A stretch of 64,000 bases of DNA, taken from assembly GCA_020722205.1 (NCBI GenBank), contig DYLF01000003.1:3891-67890 (forward strand), given 5' to 3'. Origin of the DNA: Desulfobacca acetoxidans (GTDB taxonomy: Bacteria; Desulfobacterota; Desulfobaccia; Desulfobaccales; 0-14-0-80-60-11). Of the stretch, positions 27,253 through 37,374 are shown piece after piece. The notes beneath the pieces were generated by a model, which saw nothing but the letters and a program-made list of their open reading frames with translations, made no database searches and had not been told where the DNA came from. How positions within the stretch are numbered: position 1 is the first letter of the stretch; the number at the start of each line of letters is the position of its first letter. A program made the position numbers and the translations under genes.

Positions 27253-28209
27253 ATGCCTGAACTGCCGGAAGTGGAAGTCATTCGCCAGGGTCTGGCCCCG
27301 CGCTTGGTGGGACGCCGCTTTCTGGCCGTACACAAAGGGGAGAAGAAGCTGCGCCGAGAATCTTCCCTGCTCCGGCTGCAGCGCCTGGTGGTGGGCCGGC
27401 GCCTGACGGCGTTAAAGCGGCGCGGTAAATATCTGCTCTTTCAGCTGGAAGGAGGAGCCACCTTAGTCATCCATCTGGGCATGACTGGGCGGTTGCTCCT
27501 GTGGCGGGCTACCCTGGTGCCTCTCGCCGACGGGCAGGTGGAAGACTCCGGCCACAAAGGGTGTGAGCCTTCCCCACCATTTTCGCTCCGGGCAGTGGAG
27601 ATGGCGGCGGCCGCCGACGATGTCGAGCTGCACAAATTTTTATTCCCCCACGTGCACCTGCGCTTTCAGGTGGAAGGCGATTTTTGGTTGCTTTATCAAG
27701 ATGTGCGGCGATTTGGACAGGTGCTGGCCTGTGCGCCGGGAGAGGTTCCGGAAGCTTTGGGGCGGATGGGGCGGGAGCCATTTTCCCGGCGAGTGAAGCC
27801 TGAATGGCTTCTTGAGATGGGCCGGAGACGCAAATGCCCATTGAAAAATTTTCTTCTGGATGGCCGCACCATCACCGGCATCGGCAATATTTATGCGAGT
27901 GAGATCATGTTTGCCGCGCAGCTTTCCCCTACCCTACCCGTGAGCCGTTTGACGCTGAGAGACTGGCAACGGATTATCATGGCGACCCGCCGCATACTGC
28001 GCCTGGCTATCCGCCGCGGCGGCACCACGGTGAACGATTATTTGAATTGTGAAGGAAAAGCCGGTTTGTTTCAGTTTGAGCTGATGGTCTACGGCCGGGC
28101 CGGTGAGCCCTGCAAGAAATGCGGCGCCCTGATTGAACGGCTGGTGCAGGCCGGCCGGAGCACTTTTTATTGCCCTTGGTGTCAGAAGAATCAGGCAATA
28201 AATGATTAG
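27253..28209 (+). CDS. mutM: Formamidopyrimidine-DNA glycosylase
   Basis: 'MPELPEVE' (catalytic Pro2), 'GIGNIYASE' and the zinc finger 'CKKCG...YCPWCQ'. It contains an extra ~45-aa segment. Confidence 0.85.
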   Translation: MPELPEVEVIRQGLAPRLVGRRFLAVHKGEKKLRRESSLLRLQRLVVGRRLTALKRRGKYLLFQLEGGATLVIHLGMTGRLLLWRATLVPLADGQVEDSGHKGCEPSPPFSLRAVEMAAAADDVELHKFLFPHVHLRFQVEGDFWLLYQDVRRFGQVLACAPGEVPEALGRMGREPFSRRVKPEWLLEMGRRRKCPLKNFLLDGRTITGIGNIYASEIMFAAQLSPTLPVSRLTLRDWQRIIMATRRILRLAIRRGGTTVNDYLNCEGKAGLFQFELMVYGRAGEPCKKCGALIERLVQAGRSTFYCPWCQKNQAIND

Positions 28210-28287
28210 CTATTGGCGGCGGGAATGGCGACTCCGGCAGCCCAAACAATTACCTGAAGAATTAAAACCAGATGACAAGAAATAATC

Positions 28288-30006
28288 ATGGACACGGCCA
28301 GGATACAAAAAAGACTCAAAGTAGCTCGGGGTGAAGCGGACGCCGAGGTGGTTATCTCCGGCGGCTGGTTGGCCAATGTGTTTACCGGCGAGTGGTTGTG
28401 CCAAGATATTGCATTGTATGACGGCGTCATCGTCGGCTTAGGAAAGTATAGCGGTCCCAGAGTTGATGTGTCGGGGAAATATGTGCTTCCTGGCCTCATC
28501 GACGGCCATATGCACCTGGAAAGCAGTATGCTTACCCCAACAGAACTGAGCCGGGCCTTGTTGCCCCTGGGAACCACCACCATAGTGTCCGACCCCCACG
28601 AGATTGCTAACGTTTGGGGGGCGAAAGGTTTGGACTATCTGCTGGCGGCCAGCGAGGGTTTGCCTCTGGATATCTTTTTCATGCTGCCCTCGTGTGTTCC
28701 GGCCTCTCCGTTGGGGACTTCCGGGGCAGTGCTCACCACCGCCGACCTCAAGCCTTACCGGGATCACCCCCGAGTCCTGGGTTTGGCGGAGGTTATGAAC
28801 TATCCCGGTTTAATCGCAGGCGGGAAAGACCTTTTGGAAAAGATCGTCATGTTTCCAAACCGGCCGTGCGATGGCCATGCTCCCCTGCTCTCCGGTCAGA
28901 AGTTGAATGCCTACCGCCTGCCCGGCATCGGCTCCGAGCACGAATGCTCCCGAAGTGAGGAAGCCTGGGAGAAGCTAAGGCTGGGTTTTTACGTCATGCT
29001 GCGGGAGGGCAGTCTGGCCAAAAATCTGGCCGACCTGCTAGCGGTGGTCACGTCGGCTACCCTTAGGCGTACCCTGCTGGTGACGGATGATTGTCATCCC
29101 GGCTATCTCCTGACCACCGGTCATCTCACCCATCTTCTCGGCAAAGCCGTGTCTTTAGGTTTGTCGCCTATCCAGGCCGTTACCATGGTAACCCTGAACC
29201 CGGCGGAATATTTTGGTTTGCGAGATCGTGGCGCCATTGCTCCGGGACTAGCCGCTGACCTGGTGGTGGTGGACGACCTTACTACCTTCCGGGTGGACAG
29301 GGTGTGGAAAGATGGAAATCTGGTGGTGGAGGACGGCCGGCTCAGTCCGGACCTGAAATTCCTCACCCCCCCGCCCCCCTTTTTGCCCCTGAAGGTGAAA
29401 CCCTTGCTGAGGGAGGCCCTCTTTCCACCGGCCACTGCCGCCAGGGTGAAAGTTATCGGTCTGATTCCCGGACAGCTCCTGACAGACAAACGCATCCTGC
29501 CGACGCCTGTTAAAGGGGGGAGGCTGGCCACCGATCCAGCGCGCGACCTGCTCAAGATGGCGGTGGTGGAACGGCATCAGGGAAGTGGTAGGGTGGGATT
29601 AGGCTTAATTCAGGGATTCGGACTGCAAAAGGGGGCCTTGGCCTCGTCGGTGGCGCATGACTGCCACAATCTAGTGGCGGTGGGAGCCAGCGAAGATGAT
29701 ATGCTCGCCGCCCTGCATCATCTCATCAAACTCCAGGGCGGGCTCGCAGTGGCGGCGGAGGGGAAGATATTAGCAGAGCTGCCCCTTCCCATCGCCGGCC
29801 TGCTCAGTCCACTTTCTTTAGCTGAGGTCGCTGCTGCTTACGACACTCTCACCAGAGCTTATTTGTCTCTAGGGGGCGTTCTCTCTGACCCGTTCATGGC
29901 CTTGTCTTTCATGGCTCTGGAAGTTATTCCGGCCTTGAAATTGACCGACCAGGGTCTGGTGGATGTGGACCGCTTTCAGGTGGTACCCCTATTCGACTTA
30001 GATTAA
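28288..30006 (+). CDS. ade: Adenine deaminase
   Basis: 'VLPGLIDGHMHLESSML', 'SDPHEIANV' and 'GSEHECS' are amidohydrolase/Ade motifs. Confidence 0.85.
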   Translation: MDTARIQKRLKVARGEADAEVVISGGWLANVFTGEWLCQDIALYDGVIVGLGKYSGPRVDVSGKYVLPGLIDGHMHLESSMLTPTELSRALLPLGTTTIVSDPHEIANVWGAKGLDYLLAASEGLPLDIFFMLPSCVPASPLGTSGAVLTTADLKPYRDHPRVLGLAEVMNYPGLIAGGKDLLEKIVMFPNRPCDGHAPLLSGQKLNAYRLPGIGSEHECSRSEEAWEKLRLGFYVMLREGSLAKNLADLLAVVTSATLRRTLLVTDDCHPGYLLTTGHLTHLLGKAVSLGLSPIQAVTMVTLNPAEYFGLRDRGAIAPGLAADLVVVDDLTTFRVDRVWKDGNLVVEDGRLSPDLKFLTPPPPFLPLKVKPLLREALFPPATAARVKVIGLIPGQLLTDKRILPTPVKGGRLATDPARDLLKMAVVERHQGSGRVGLGLIQGFGLQKGALASSVAHDCHNLVAVGASEDDMLAALHHLIKLQGGLAVAAEGKILAELPLPIAGLLSPLSLAEVAAAYDTLTRAYLSLGGVLSDPFMALSFMALEVIPALKLTDQGLVDVDRFQVVPLFDLD

Positions 30007-30186
30007 TCTTAAAGCCCACAAATGAGATAAATTTACATTAGGAATATCGATTCCGAGACTGAAGCCAAGTAACCAATTAGGCCTAGCGCTATGGGCTAGG
30101 GGCGGCAAACCGGCGGTTAGCAATACTTATTCAGGAAGTGGTTTGTAGAATTGACCATCCTATGGGCAATAGCAACAGCCCAAAGC

Positions 30187-32895
30187 CTACCTTCTTAAAA
30201 ACCTGGCTAGTTGTCGCCCGTAGTATTCCTTAACGTCCTCATCCTCGGGGCGACTGAAGGTGACGGTGCCTTTGCCGATGGGCTTTCTTTTGAGGACGAT
30301 GCCCTTTTCGCCAAAAAGTTTCAAGGAATTCTGAAAGGTCAATTTGGAGAGGGCCTCAGGGCGTTCCACTTCCCCCATTTTGTGCAGTTTGTGCCCGATG
30401 GAGTGGATACGTTTGAGGAATTCCTTTTCACTGCGGGGTTTTTTCTGCAAATACTTGATGGAGCGGAACACGATCCAATAAGATTCCAGGTAGTTGTAGA
30501 GCAGATTGGCAAAATAAGCCAATTCCTTAAGCCCGGAGGCCGAGACTATGTGCCAGGTTCCTTGGGGGTCTGTGCTGACCACCACGCTCCGGGAAATAAA
30601 GTAGGCCAGGGATTTATCTACTAGAAGCTCAGTATTAAAACTGTCATAAATAAATTCATATTTGAATAAATCCAGCAGGAAACGGATATCCTCCACCACT
30701 TGGTTCCGTTCGAAGTCAAACCCCTGACCGGTCAGGATGGACAAGGAGGCCATGGAAACAGGGAGGAAGAAATGAATAATATTATTCTTGTAGTATTCCA
30801 GCAAGGGCCTTTTGGTCTCGTCAATGCTGTACCCCCCCAGACCCAGTTCATCGGTGACCCCTTCTTCTTTTTCAATGGGGGTGATGAGTTTCCGGGATTC
30901 GCACAGTGCTAAGGTGTCTTCCACGGCTTGAGGCAAGTTATCCAGGGAGTCGGCCAGCGGCGCCCCTTGGGCTTTTAAAAAATCATATAATACTTGGATG
31001 ATTCTCCAAAGTTCCCGCCGATAAACTCCTTTACGGGGGTAGGTCAGGAGAGCGGCACAGACCAGGGCAAAGGGTGTAACCACCGAGATACGATTGATGG
31101 CCTGAACCACCTGAAAGCCTAATTCCTGGCTGAGATGGCGGATATTCTCCAATTGGTCAGTAGTGCTAAGAGGGTAGTGGTTCAAGTAATCCCCAATAGA
31201 AATTGGGTCGCTGAAATGAATATAAGCCCGCCCGTAGCGGGTCTTTAAGAATTTTCGGGCTTTTACTAGTTGTTCCACATTTTCGGTTACTTTTTTTCCC
31301 CCCTCCAATTCCTTGAGGTAGGCCTTCTCTTCCGGCACCTGATCGTAGCCGATAAAGGTAGGCACAAAGAACAAGTCGGCGGCGGCCCCCTCAATGTAAG
31401 CCCGCAGGATCATATTAAGCAGGCCCAACTTGGGCAGCACCAACTTACCGGTCCGGCTTCTACCCCCTTCAATAAAAACCTCCAGATTGTAGCCGGTCTT
31501 AATAAGGGTTTTGATATAAGCATAGAGAACTTCGGCATAAAGCTTGGCGCCATGGAAGCGGCGGCGGATAAAGAAGGCACCAGATCTCCGGAAGATGGGA
31601 CCAAGCGGCCAGAAAGCCAGATTTTTCCCGGCCGCAATGCGCGGCGGATGCATGTTATGATGATAGATTAGGTGGTTCAGAAGCAAATAATCCAGGTGGC
31701 TCTTATGGCAAGGAATAAAGATCAAGGTGCCCCGCTCGTTGGCTTGACGAACCTTCTCAAAGCCTTCCAGATCAAAGACCACACCGTCAAAGATATTCTG
31801 GGACATCCAGCTAACCAGGCGATGCATGAAATTGATCACTAAGACGCTGTAATCCGCAGAGATTTCCCAGAAGTAATCCTGAGCGGATTTCTTCACCTTG
31901 GAAAGCTTTTTCTTCTCGGTTTCCGCCAGATTTGCCATGAGACGAGTGAGCTCTGGATCGGTGAGCGTAAGCTCCAGAAACTCTTCCCGTGATTTGATGA
32001 CCGGACCAGTGATTACCCGCCTCTTCTGGTCCAACCGGCGGATTAATTCCCGGCGCAAATTTTGGGCTAACTCTGACGACTGAGCTTCATCAGGCGCCCC
32101 TGCCAACACCTCCTGAAGATTGATCGCATCGGCCACCTCCACCACCGCCTTCTTGGACCTGGTTAGGCAAAGCGCCAGCTTCCTCAGCTTGCCAGGTTTC
32201 TCCCGGTCGCCAAAGAAAAGGGCCAGCAAGCCCTTATCCTGGTGTTCAGGCTCTTTACTGTACATTACCAATTGCGGCACCAGGAAAATGGGATATGTAA
32301 GCTGACCTTGGAGTTCCAACAGGTGGAGGATTGGGTCTTCACGTGGTTTCAGAAAGCGGTGCCGGAAGCCCACGGGGTCCACCAGAAAGAGCATGGAGGC
32401 CCTTTTTTCTTGCAGAATCCTGAGAAAATATCGATCTTGAAAAGGATTGGGCCAAGCCCGTCTGCGGGTGAAGTAATTGACTGCCGCGGAGATTATCTGC
32501 ACTAGATGAGATAAGGGCTGGTATACCCATAAGTTGGTGTCAAAAGCCACTTCTGGTGGGGGGGCTCCCAGCTTCTGGTACCTGCGGTTGAAAAAAAGAA
32601 AATCCAGGTGGCTGCGATATTTCATTACATATACCAACACCCCCTGGGCATCCAGTTGGTGCAACTTTTCCAGGCAGCGGGGGTTGATGGTGGTCTGGGA
32701 AAAAAATGGCCCCAGGGTAAAACGCAACAACCATCCCGGCTTACTGGGTAGATAGCCGGCATAATGAAATTCTTGCCCTCCCAGCCAGCTCGTCAGGCGG
32801 CCGAATAACCGTCTGAACCTGCCTGCCGGCTCCGGTTTTTCTGGAGGCGCCTGGTCTGGTTGCTCCAATCTGGATGACTCCTGGTCCATTACCAA
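30187..32895 (-). CDS. plsB: Glycerol-3-phosphate acyltransferase (PlsB-like)
   Basis: Acyltransferase motifs 'CHKSHLDYLLL' (HX4D) and 'FIEGGRSRTGK'. The ~900-aa length is typical of PlsB. Confidence 0.8.
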   Translation of the reverse strand: MVMDQESSRLEQPDQAPPEKPEPAGRFRRLFGRLTSWLGGQEFHYAGYLPSKPGWLLRFTLGPFFSQTTINPRCLEKLHQLDAQGVLVYVMKYRSHLDFLFFNRRYQKLGAPPPEVAFDTNLWVYQPLSHLVQIISAAVNYFTRRRAWPNPFQDRYFLRILQEKRASMLFLVDPVGFRHRFLKPREDPILHLLELQGQLTYPIFLVPQLVMYSKEPEHQDKGLLALFFGDREKPGKLRKLALCLTRSKKAVVEVADAINLQEVLAGAPDEAQSSELAQNLRRELIRRLDQKRRVITGPVIKSREEFLELTLTDPELTRLMANLAETEKKKLSKVKKSAQDYFWEISADYSVLVINFMHRLVSWMSQNIFDGVVFDLEGFEKVRQANERGTLIFIPCHKSHLDYLLLNHLIYHHNMHPPRIAAGKNLAFWPLGPIFRRSGAFFIRRRFHGAKLYAEVLYAYIKTLIKTGYNLEVFIEGGRSRTGKLVLPKLGLLNMILRAYIEGAAADLFFVPTFIGYDQVPEEKAYLKELEGGKKVTENVEQLVKARKFLKTRYGRAYIHFSDPISIGDYLNHYPLSTTDQLENIRHLSQELGFQVVQAINRISVVTPFALVCAALLTYPRKGVYRRELWRIIQVLYDFLKAQGAPLADSLDNLPQAVEDTLALCESRKLITPIEKEEGVTDELGLGGYSIDETKRPLLEYYKNNIIHFFLPVSMASLSILTGQGFDFERNQVVEDIRFLLDLFKYEFIYDSFNTELLVDKSLAYFISRSVVVSTDPQGTWHIVSASGLKELAYFANLLYNYLESYWIVFRSIKYLQKKPRSEKEFLKRIHSIGHKLHKMGEVERPEALSKLTFQNSLKLFGEKGIVLKRKPIGKGTVTFSRPEDEDVKEYYGRQLARFLRR

Positions 32896-33143
32896 CCTAA
32901 CAATTATCTTTTTTATAATTTAATTAAATATAACCTGTCTTAACTGTCAACTGCCAGCAAAATAGGAGAAACCGGTTTCAGTCGGAGTAGCCAGTCGGCC
33001 TCAAGAAGCTCACGCAATAAGGTAGCCGATTGATAAAAGAAATTTCCTTGACATTCTAATTTTGGTAAAATGAAACGTCGATATACAAAAATACTGCGCT
33101 TCCTTTTGGAGGTCAAACCACGGCTGGCACAGATATTCTGGAC

Positions 33144-33512
33144 TTGGCGTCGCAGGGAGTGGAACAGGTGCGCCGTACAGGCATCGGGGCCGGTTTGTTA
33201 AACTTTTTCATTTTCGGCTCCACCGTTGCCCTGACCACCATTGAGTCTTGGGTAATGAATGATCGGCGGCAGTTTATTGAATGCCTCCTTCCCCGGCACC
33301 TGGTTTGTGAACACGACCGGGGTTTGGGAGACGCCAACGGCTATTCCCATGTGCTTGCCGTCTTTTCCAAACCTTCCCTCAACATACCCTTGGAGAAGGG
33401 GGAACTCCTCCTGGGTCCTCGGCAGCAGATGGTCCTTCTGGATTTTGACAACCGGCCCTGGCAGCGTTGCGTTCCGGGGCAGGTCATGGGAGAAAAACCC
33501 CCCTTGGAGTGA
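33144..33512 (+). CDS. YjbQ/UPF0047 family protein (N-terminus uncertain; possible frameshift near 33115-33120)
   Basis: 'GLLNFFIFGSTVALTTIE', 'GDANGYSHVLAVFSKPSLNIPLEKGELLLGPRQQMVLLDFD' follows the YjbQ pattern. The first in-frame canonical start is TTG 33144, but the frame is open from 33069. Confidence 0.6.
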   Translation: MASQGVEQVRRTGIGAGLLNFFIFGSTVALTTIESWVMNDRRQFIECLLPRHLVCEHDRGLGDANGYSHVLAVFSKPSLNIPLEKGELLLGPRQQMVLLDFDNRPWQRCVPGQVMGEKPPLE

Positions 33513-33539
33513 AGGCCATCAGGGCCAATACCTCAACTT

Positions 33540-34523
33540 ATGTCAACCGATCATTTGGACTTTTCCGACAACACCCTGGCTCAGACCCTATTTGGTGAAC
33601 ACGGCCAGCATCTCCAGATCATCGGTCGCACTCTCGGAGTGAAACTGTCGGCCCGGGGCAACCAGGTGACGGTGACAGGGAGTGCCGATGAGGTGCACTT
33701 GGCCAGGCGGACCTTGACGGAGTTGTATGACTTGGTGCAGGCCGGCTACGGCCTCCATCCGCAGGACGTCCAGTACGCCCTTAAGATCCTGCAGGAAAAA
33801 GAATCAGCCTCGGTCAAAGAATTGTTTCTGGACACTGTCTATATCTCCGCCATGAAGCGGCGGATTTCCCCCAAAAGTCTCAATCAGAAACGCTACATTG
33901 AGGCCATGCGTTCCCATGATCTGGTTTTTGGGATCGGCCCGGCTGGCACCGGCAAGACCTATCTGGCCATGGCTATGGCAGTAGCGGCTCTGATGAACCA
34001 TGAGTTTATCCGCATTGTCCTGGCCCGTCCCGCCGTGGAAGCCGGAGAAAAATTAGGCTTTCTGCCGGGCGACCTTTATGAGAAAGTAAACCCTTATCTG
34101 CGACCCCTCTATGACGCCCTCCATGACATGATGGATTTTGACAAGGCCTCCCGCCTGGTGCAACGGGGGGTGGTGGAGGTAGCTCCCTTGGCCTTCATGC
34201 GAGGCCGGACGCTGAATGACTCTTTCGTGATCCTGGACGAAGCTCAGAACACCACCTCCGAGCAGATGCTGATGTTCCTGACCCGTTTAGGATTTGGTGC
34301 CAAGGCGGTAATCACTGGTGATGTAACCCAGATTGACCTGCCTGCCGGCGTCACTTCCGGGTTGGTGGAGGCCCGGCAGCTCTTGTCCGGGGTGGAAGGT
34401 ATTGCTTTTGTTTACTTTACTGAGAGGGACGTGGTGCGCCATCCCCTGGTCCAGGATATTATCCGGGCCTATGAAGGCCGCCGCACCCGCTTGGATGTAA
34501 TCAACCGCGAACATCATGACTGA
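33540..34523 (+). CDS. phoH: PhoH-like ATPase (YbeZ type)
   Basis: Walker A '[13 protein letters not shown]', 'LGFLPGD' and 'FVILDEAQN'. Confidence 0.9.
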   Translation: MSTDHLDFSDNTLAQTLFGEHGQHLQIIGRTLGVKLSARGNQVTVTGSADEVHLARRTLTELYDLVQAGYGLHPQDVQYALKILQEKESASVKELFLDTVYISAMKRRISPKSLNQKRYIEAMRSHDLVFGIGPAGTGKTYLAMAMAVAALMNHEFIRIVLARPAVEAGEKLGFLPGDLYEKVNPYLRPLYDALHDMMDFDKASRLVQRGVVEVAPLAFMRGRTLNDSFVILDEAQNTTSEQMLMFLTRLGFGAKAVITGDVTQIDLPAGVTSGLVEARQLLSGVEGIAFVYFTERDVVRHPLVQDIIRAYEGRRTRLDVINREHHD

Positions 34524-36972
34524 GAAAGACCCTCAGGAAAAAATCGGCCATATATTCGGTTACGGGCGCTTTTGGCGTGGCCGCCGGCTGCGCGGCTGGC
34601 CCTGTGACCCGAAACACTGGTTTAAAGATTATCAGAATCTTGGTAAAGTTATCCTGCTGCTTGGTCTTTCCCTCTGCATTGCTCTGATTCTTACCCCCCA
34701 ACCCCAAAAATTGTGGGAGAACTACAACGTCGGGGATATTGCCCGCCACACCGTCAGAGCCACGACTGACCTGTTGGTGGAGGACGTGGAAACTTCCAGA
34801 CAGCGGCAAAAAGAACTTCTTGCCCAGATACCACCAGTCTTTGACCTGGATGAAGAAGCCTTCCGCCGGGTGCAGGAGCGTCTTGGTAAAGCCCTGACTT
34901 TCATGCGCCAGCAATATCAGGAGCTGGTTGCCAAGACATCTCCGGCAGGAGCCCCGGATGAACCGACAAAAAAGCAAAAGCCCAAATTTTCCGTGCTTTA
35001 TAAAGAGCTGTTAAAGCAGAAACCGGAGTTTGACAGGTTATTAGGAGTCAGTTTACCCAACTCCACCTTCTACCTGTTGGCCAAAGCCGAGTTTTCCCCC
35101 ACTCACGAGCTGTTGGTGAACCAGGTCCTGAGACAGTTTTTCCAGCGTGGAGTGATCAGCAGTTCCATTCTCCCCGGCCTGGAGGGGCGGCAGATCATGC
35201 TCCGGCAGTTGCCCTCCCGCCAGGAGCAGAAGCTCTCCCCACCATATCCCTTTACCAGCCTGGAAGAAATCCGCCAGCCAATAGCCGCATACTGTCGGGA
35301 GGTGGCCGCGGATTTTTCCCCCACTGACCGCTGGCTGGTATGCGACATGATCCAGTATCTCATGGTTCCCAACGTCTCTCCCAATGTAGCGGAAACTCAG
35401 GAGCGCCAAAGGGCCAGTCTGAGGGAGTTGAAGGCCACATATTTCAAGGTCAGGAAAGGGGAAGCCATCGTACGCCAGGGGGAGCGGGTAACCCCCCTCA
35501 CGCTGGCCAAACTCAAGGCTCAAAGACTGAACTCCCCCAAAAATCAGGGTATCCTCATCTTCCTGGGGATTTTCGTCAGCGTCAGCCTGTTGTTGGGATT
35601 GGCCTATTATCTAACCACGCAGACCTTCCGTCGCAACCCCCTCCGACTCCGGGACCTCGCCTTTCTGGCGGTATTGCTTCTGGTCTGCACCCTCCTCAAT
35701 CAAGGATTTGTTAAGATCGGCGCGTACCTGTCCCTGGCTTTTCCGGAAGTGGGGCAAAACCTGGTGTACGCTCATCCCATCGGGCTTTTCGCCATATTTG
35801 TCGCCATGTTTCTTGGTCTGGAGACCAGCTTGGCCTTTTCTTTCCTGGCCGCCACTCTCTCCGTTTTTCCGTTGGAGAAGCCTTTCCCTCTCTTTTTATA
35901 TTACGTGACTGCCTGTTTTACCGGCGTCTGGTGGGTCAAGCGCTTTCGTCAACGCAGCGCCCTGCTCATCACTGGGTTATTCATCTCTCTGATCAATCTT
36001 TTCATGCTCACGGCGCTCAAATTCTTGGAGTATCCTTTTACCGCCCTGGATTTTCTGACTGGGCAGGCTTTGGCCCTAAGCGGCGGTCTGATCACCGGCA
36101 TCTTGGCTCTGGGTCTAACACCAGTAATCGAAACCAGCTTCGGCTACGCCTCCAATTTCCGCTTACAGGAATTGCTCAACCTTGATCAGCCGGTCCTGAG
36201 AGAATTAATGCTGGTGGCCCCAGGGACCTACCATCATTCTCTGGTGGTGGGGCAAATGGTGGAAGCTGCCGCCGAGGCCATCGGGGCCAACCCTTTGTTG
36301 GCCAAAGCCGCGGCATATTACCACGACATTGGGAAAATCAAGAAACCGGCTTATTTTGTGGAAAACCAGTTCGGAGGGGAGAACAAACATGAAAAACTTG
36401 CCCCTTCCATGAGCAGCCTCATTTTGATCTCTCACATCAAAGACGGAGTGGAGCTGGCTCACAAACATAAACTGGGAGACCGCATCATCGACATCATTCA
36501 ACAGCACCATGGCCGATGCCTCATCAGTTATTTTTATCACAAGGCCAAGCAGCAGGCTGCCAACCCCAACCTGATAAACTTTGACGACTATCGCTACCCT
36601 GGTCCACGGCCCCAAACTAAAGAGGCAGGACTGGTGCTGATTGCCGATCAGGTGGAAGCTGCTTCCAAGACTCTGGATGAACCCACGCCGGCCCGCATCC
36701 AGGGACTGGTACAGAAGATCATCAACAACGCTTTTGCCGACGGCCAGTTGGACGAATGCGAGCTTACTCTCCGGGAATTACACCTCATCGCCAAAAGCTG
36801 CAACAAAATCCTGAGCGGTATCTTCCACCAGCGCATCAGTTACCCCACACCCCCGGACAAGAAAAAGACCAATGACGATCTGGATAAGCAACCGTCAAAG
36901 AAAAGTAACGGTAAATTTAGAGACCCTCAGGAGAAAAACCGGGAAGATCTTAAGCGCCTTGGACAGGAGTGA
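34516..36972 (+). CDS. 7TM-receptor / HD-domain phosphohydrolase (PgpH/YqfF-like)
   Basis: Extracytoplasmic N-terminal domain, about 7 TM helices, then HD domain motifs 'HHSLVVGQM' and 'YYHDIGK'. It overlaps phoH by 8 nt. Confidence 0.85.
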   Translation: MTEKDPQEKIGHIFGYGRFWRGRRLRGWPCDPKHWFKDYQNLGKVILLLGLSLCIALILTPQPQKLWENYNVGDIARHTVRATTDLLVEDVETSRQRQKELLAQIPPVFDLDEEAFRRVQERLGKALTFMRQQYQELVAKTSPAGAPDEPTKKQKPKFSVLYKELLKQKPEFDRLLGVSLPNSTFYLLAKAEFSPTHELLVNQVLRQFFQRGVISSSILPGLEGRQIMLRQLPSRQEQKLSPPYPFTSLEEIRQPIAAYCREVAADFSPTDRWLVCDMIQYLMVPNVSPNVAETQERQRASLRELKATYFKVRKGEAIVRQGERVTPLTLAKLKAQRLNSPKNQGILIFLGIFVSVSLLLGLAYYLTTQTFRRNPLRLRDLAFLAVLLLVCTLLNQGFVKIGAYLSLAFPEVGQNLVYAHPIGLFAIFVAMFLGLETSLAFSFLAATLSVFPLEKPFPLFLYYVTACFTGVWWVKRFRQRSALLITGLFISLINLFMLTALKFLEYPFTALDFLTGQALALSGGLITGILALGLTPVIETSFGYASNFRLQELLNLDQPVLRELMLVAPGTYHHSLVVGQMVEAAAEAIGANPLLAKAAAYYHDIGKIKKPAYFVENQFGGENKHEKLAPSMSSLILISHIKDGVELAHKHKLGDRIIDIIQQHHGRCLISYFYHKAKQQAANPNLINFDDYRYPGPRPQTKEAGLVLIADQVEAASKTLDEPTPARIQGLVQKIINNAFADGQLDECELTLRELHLIAKSCNKILSGIFHQRISYPTPPDKKKTNDDLDKQPSKKSNGKFRDPQEKNREDLKRLGQE

Positions 36973-37315
36973 CTCAGATTTGAGTCTGACCCTCCTGGGA
37001 GATCGGGCGATGGCGCGCCTTAACCGGGAAACTTTTGGGAGGCGCGGCCCTACCAATGTCATTGCCTTTCCGTTGGATGACAGCCCCCCATTTGAAGGCG
37101 TGCCCTGTCTGTTGGGTGAAGTGGTTATTTCATTGCCTACCGCAGCCAGGCAGGCTCAGGATTATGGCTGGCCCATCGACGAGATGCTGGATTATTATCT
37201 GATCCATGGCATTCTGCATCTTCTGGGTTATGATCACCACGATCCTCAAGAAGCTAACGCCATGGAGGAGAAGACTTGGGACCTGCTGAAAATAGTTAAA
37301 AGTCCTGAGCCTTGA
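36872..37315 (+). CDS. ybeY: Endoribonuclease YbeY (rRNA maturation)
   Basis: 'IWISNRQRKV' N-terminus, 'PTNVIAFP' and metal site 'HGILHLLGYDH'. Confidence 0.85.
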   Translation: MTIWISNRQRKVTVNLETLRRKTGKILSALDRSDSDLSLTLLGDRAMARLNRETFGRRGPTNVIAFPLDDSPPFEGVPCLLGEVVISLPTAARQAQDYGWPIDEMLDYYLIHGILHLLGYDHHDPQEANAMEEKTWDLLKIVKSPEP

Positions 37316-37374
37316 GTTCTTAGTAATGAAAGGGATGCAATGCTGATAAGAATCGGAATAAGTGAGGTGCAATC

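Noticed and set aside
33540-37315. PhoH ATPase plus HD hydrolase as a possible novel nuclease/defence module
   Set aside because: This is the widely conserved ybeZ(phoH)-pgpH/yqfF-ybeY ribosome-maturation neighbourhood.
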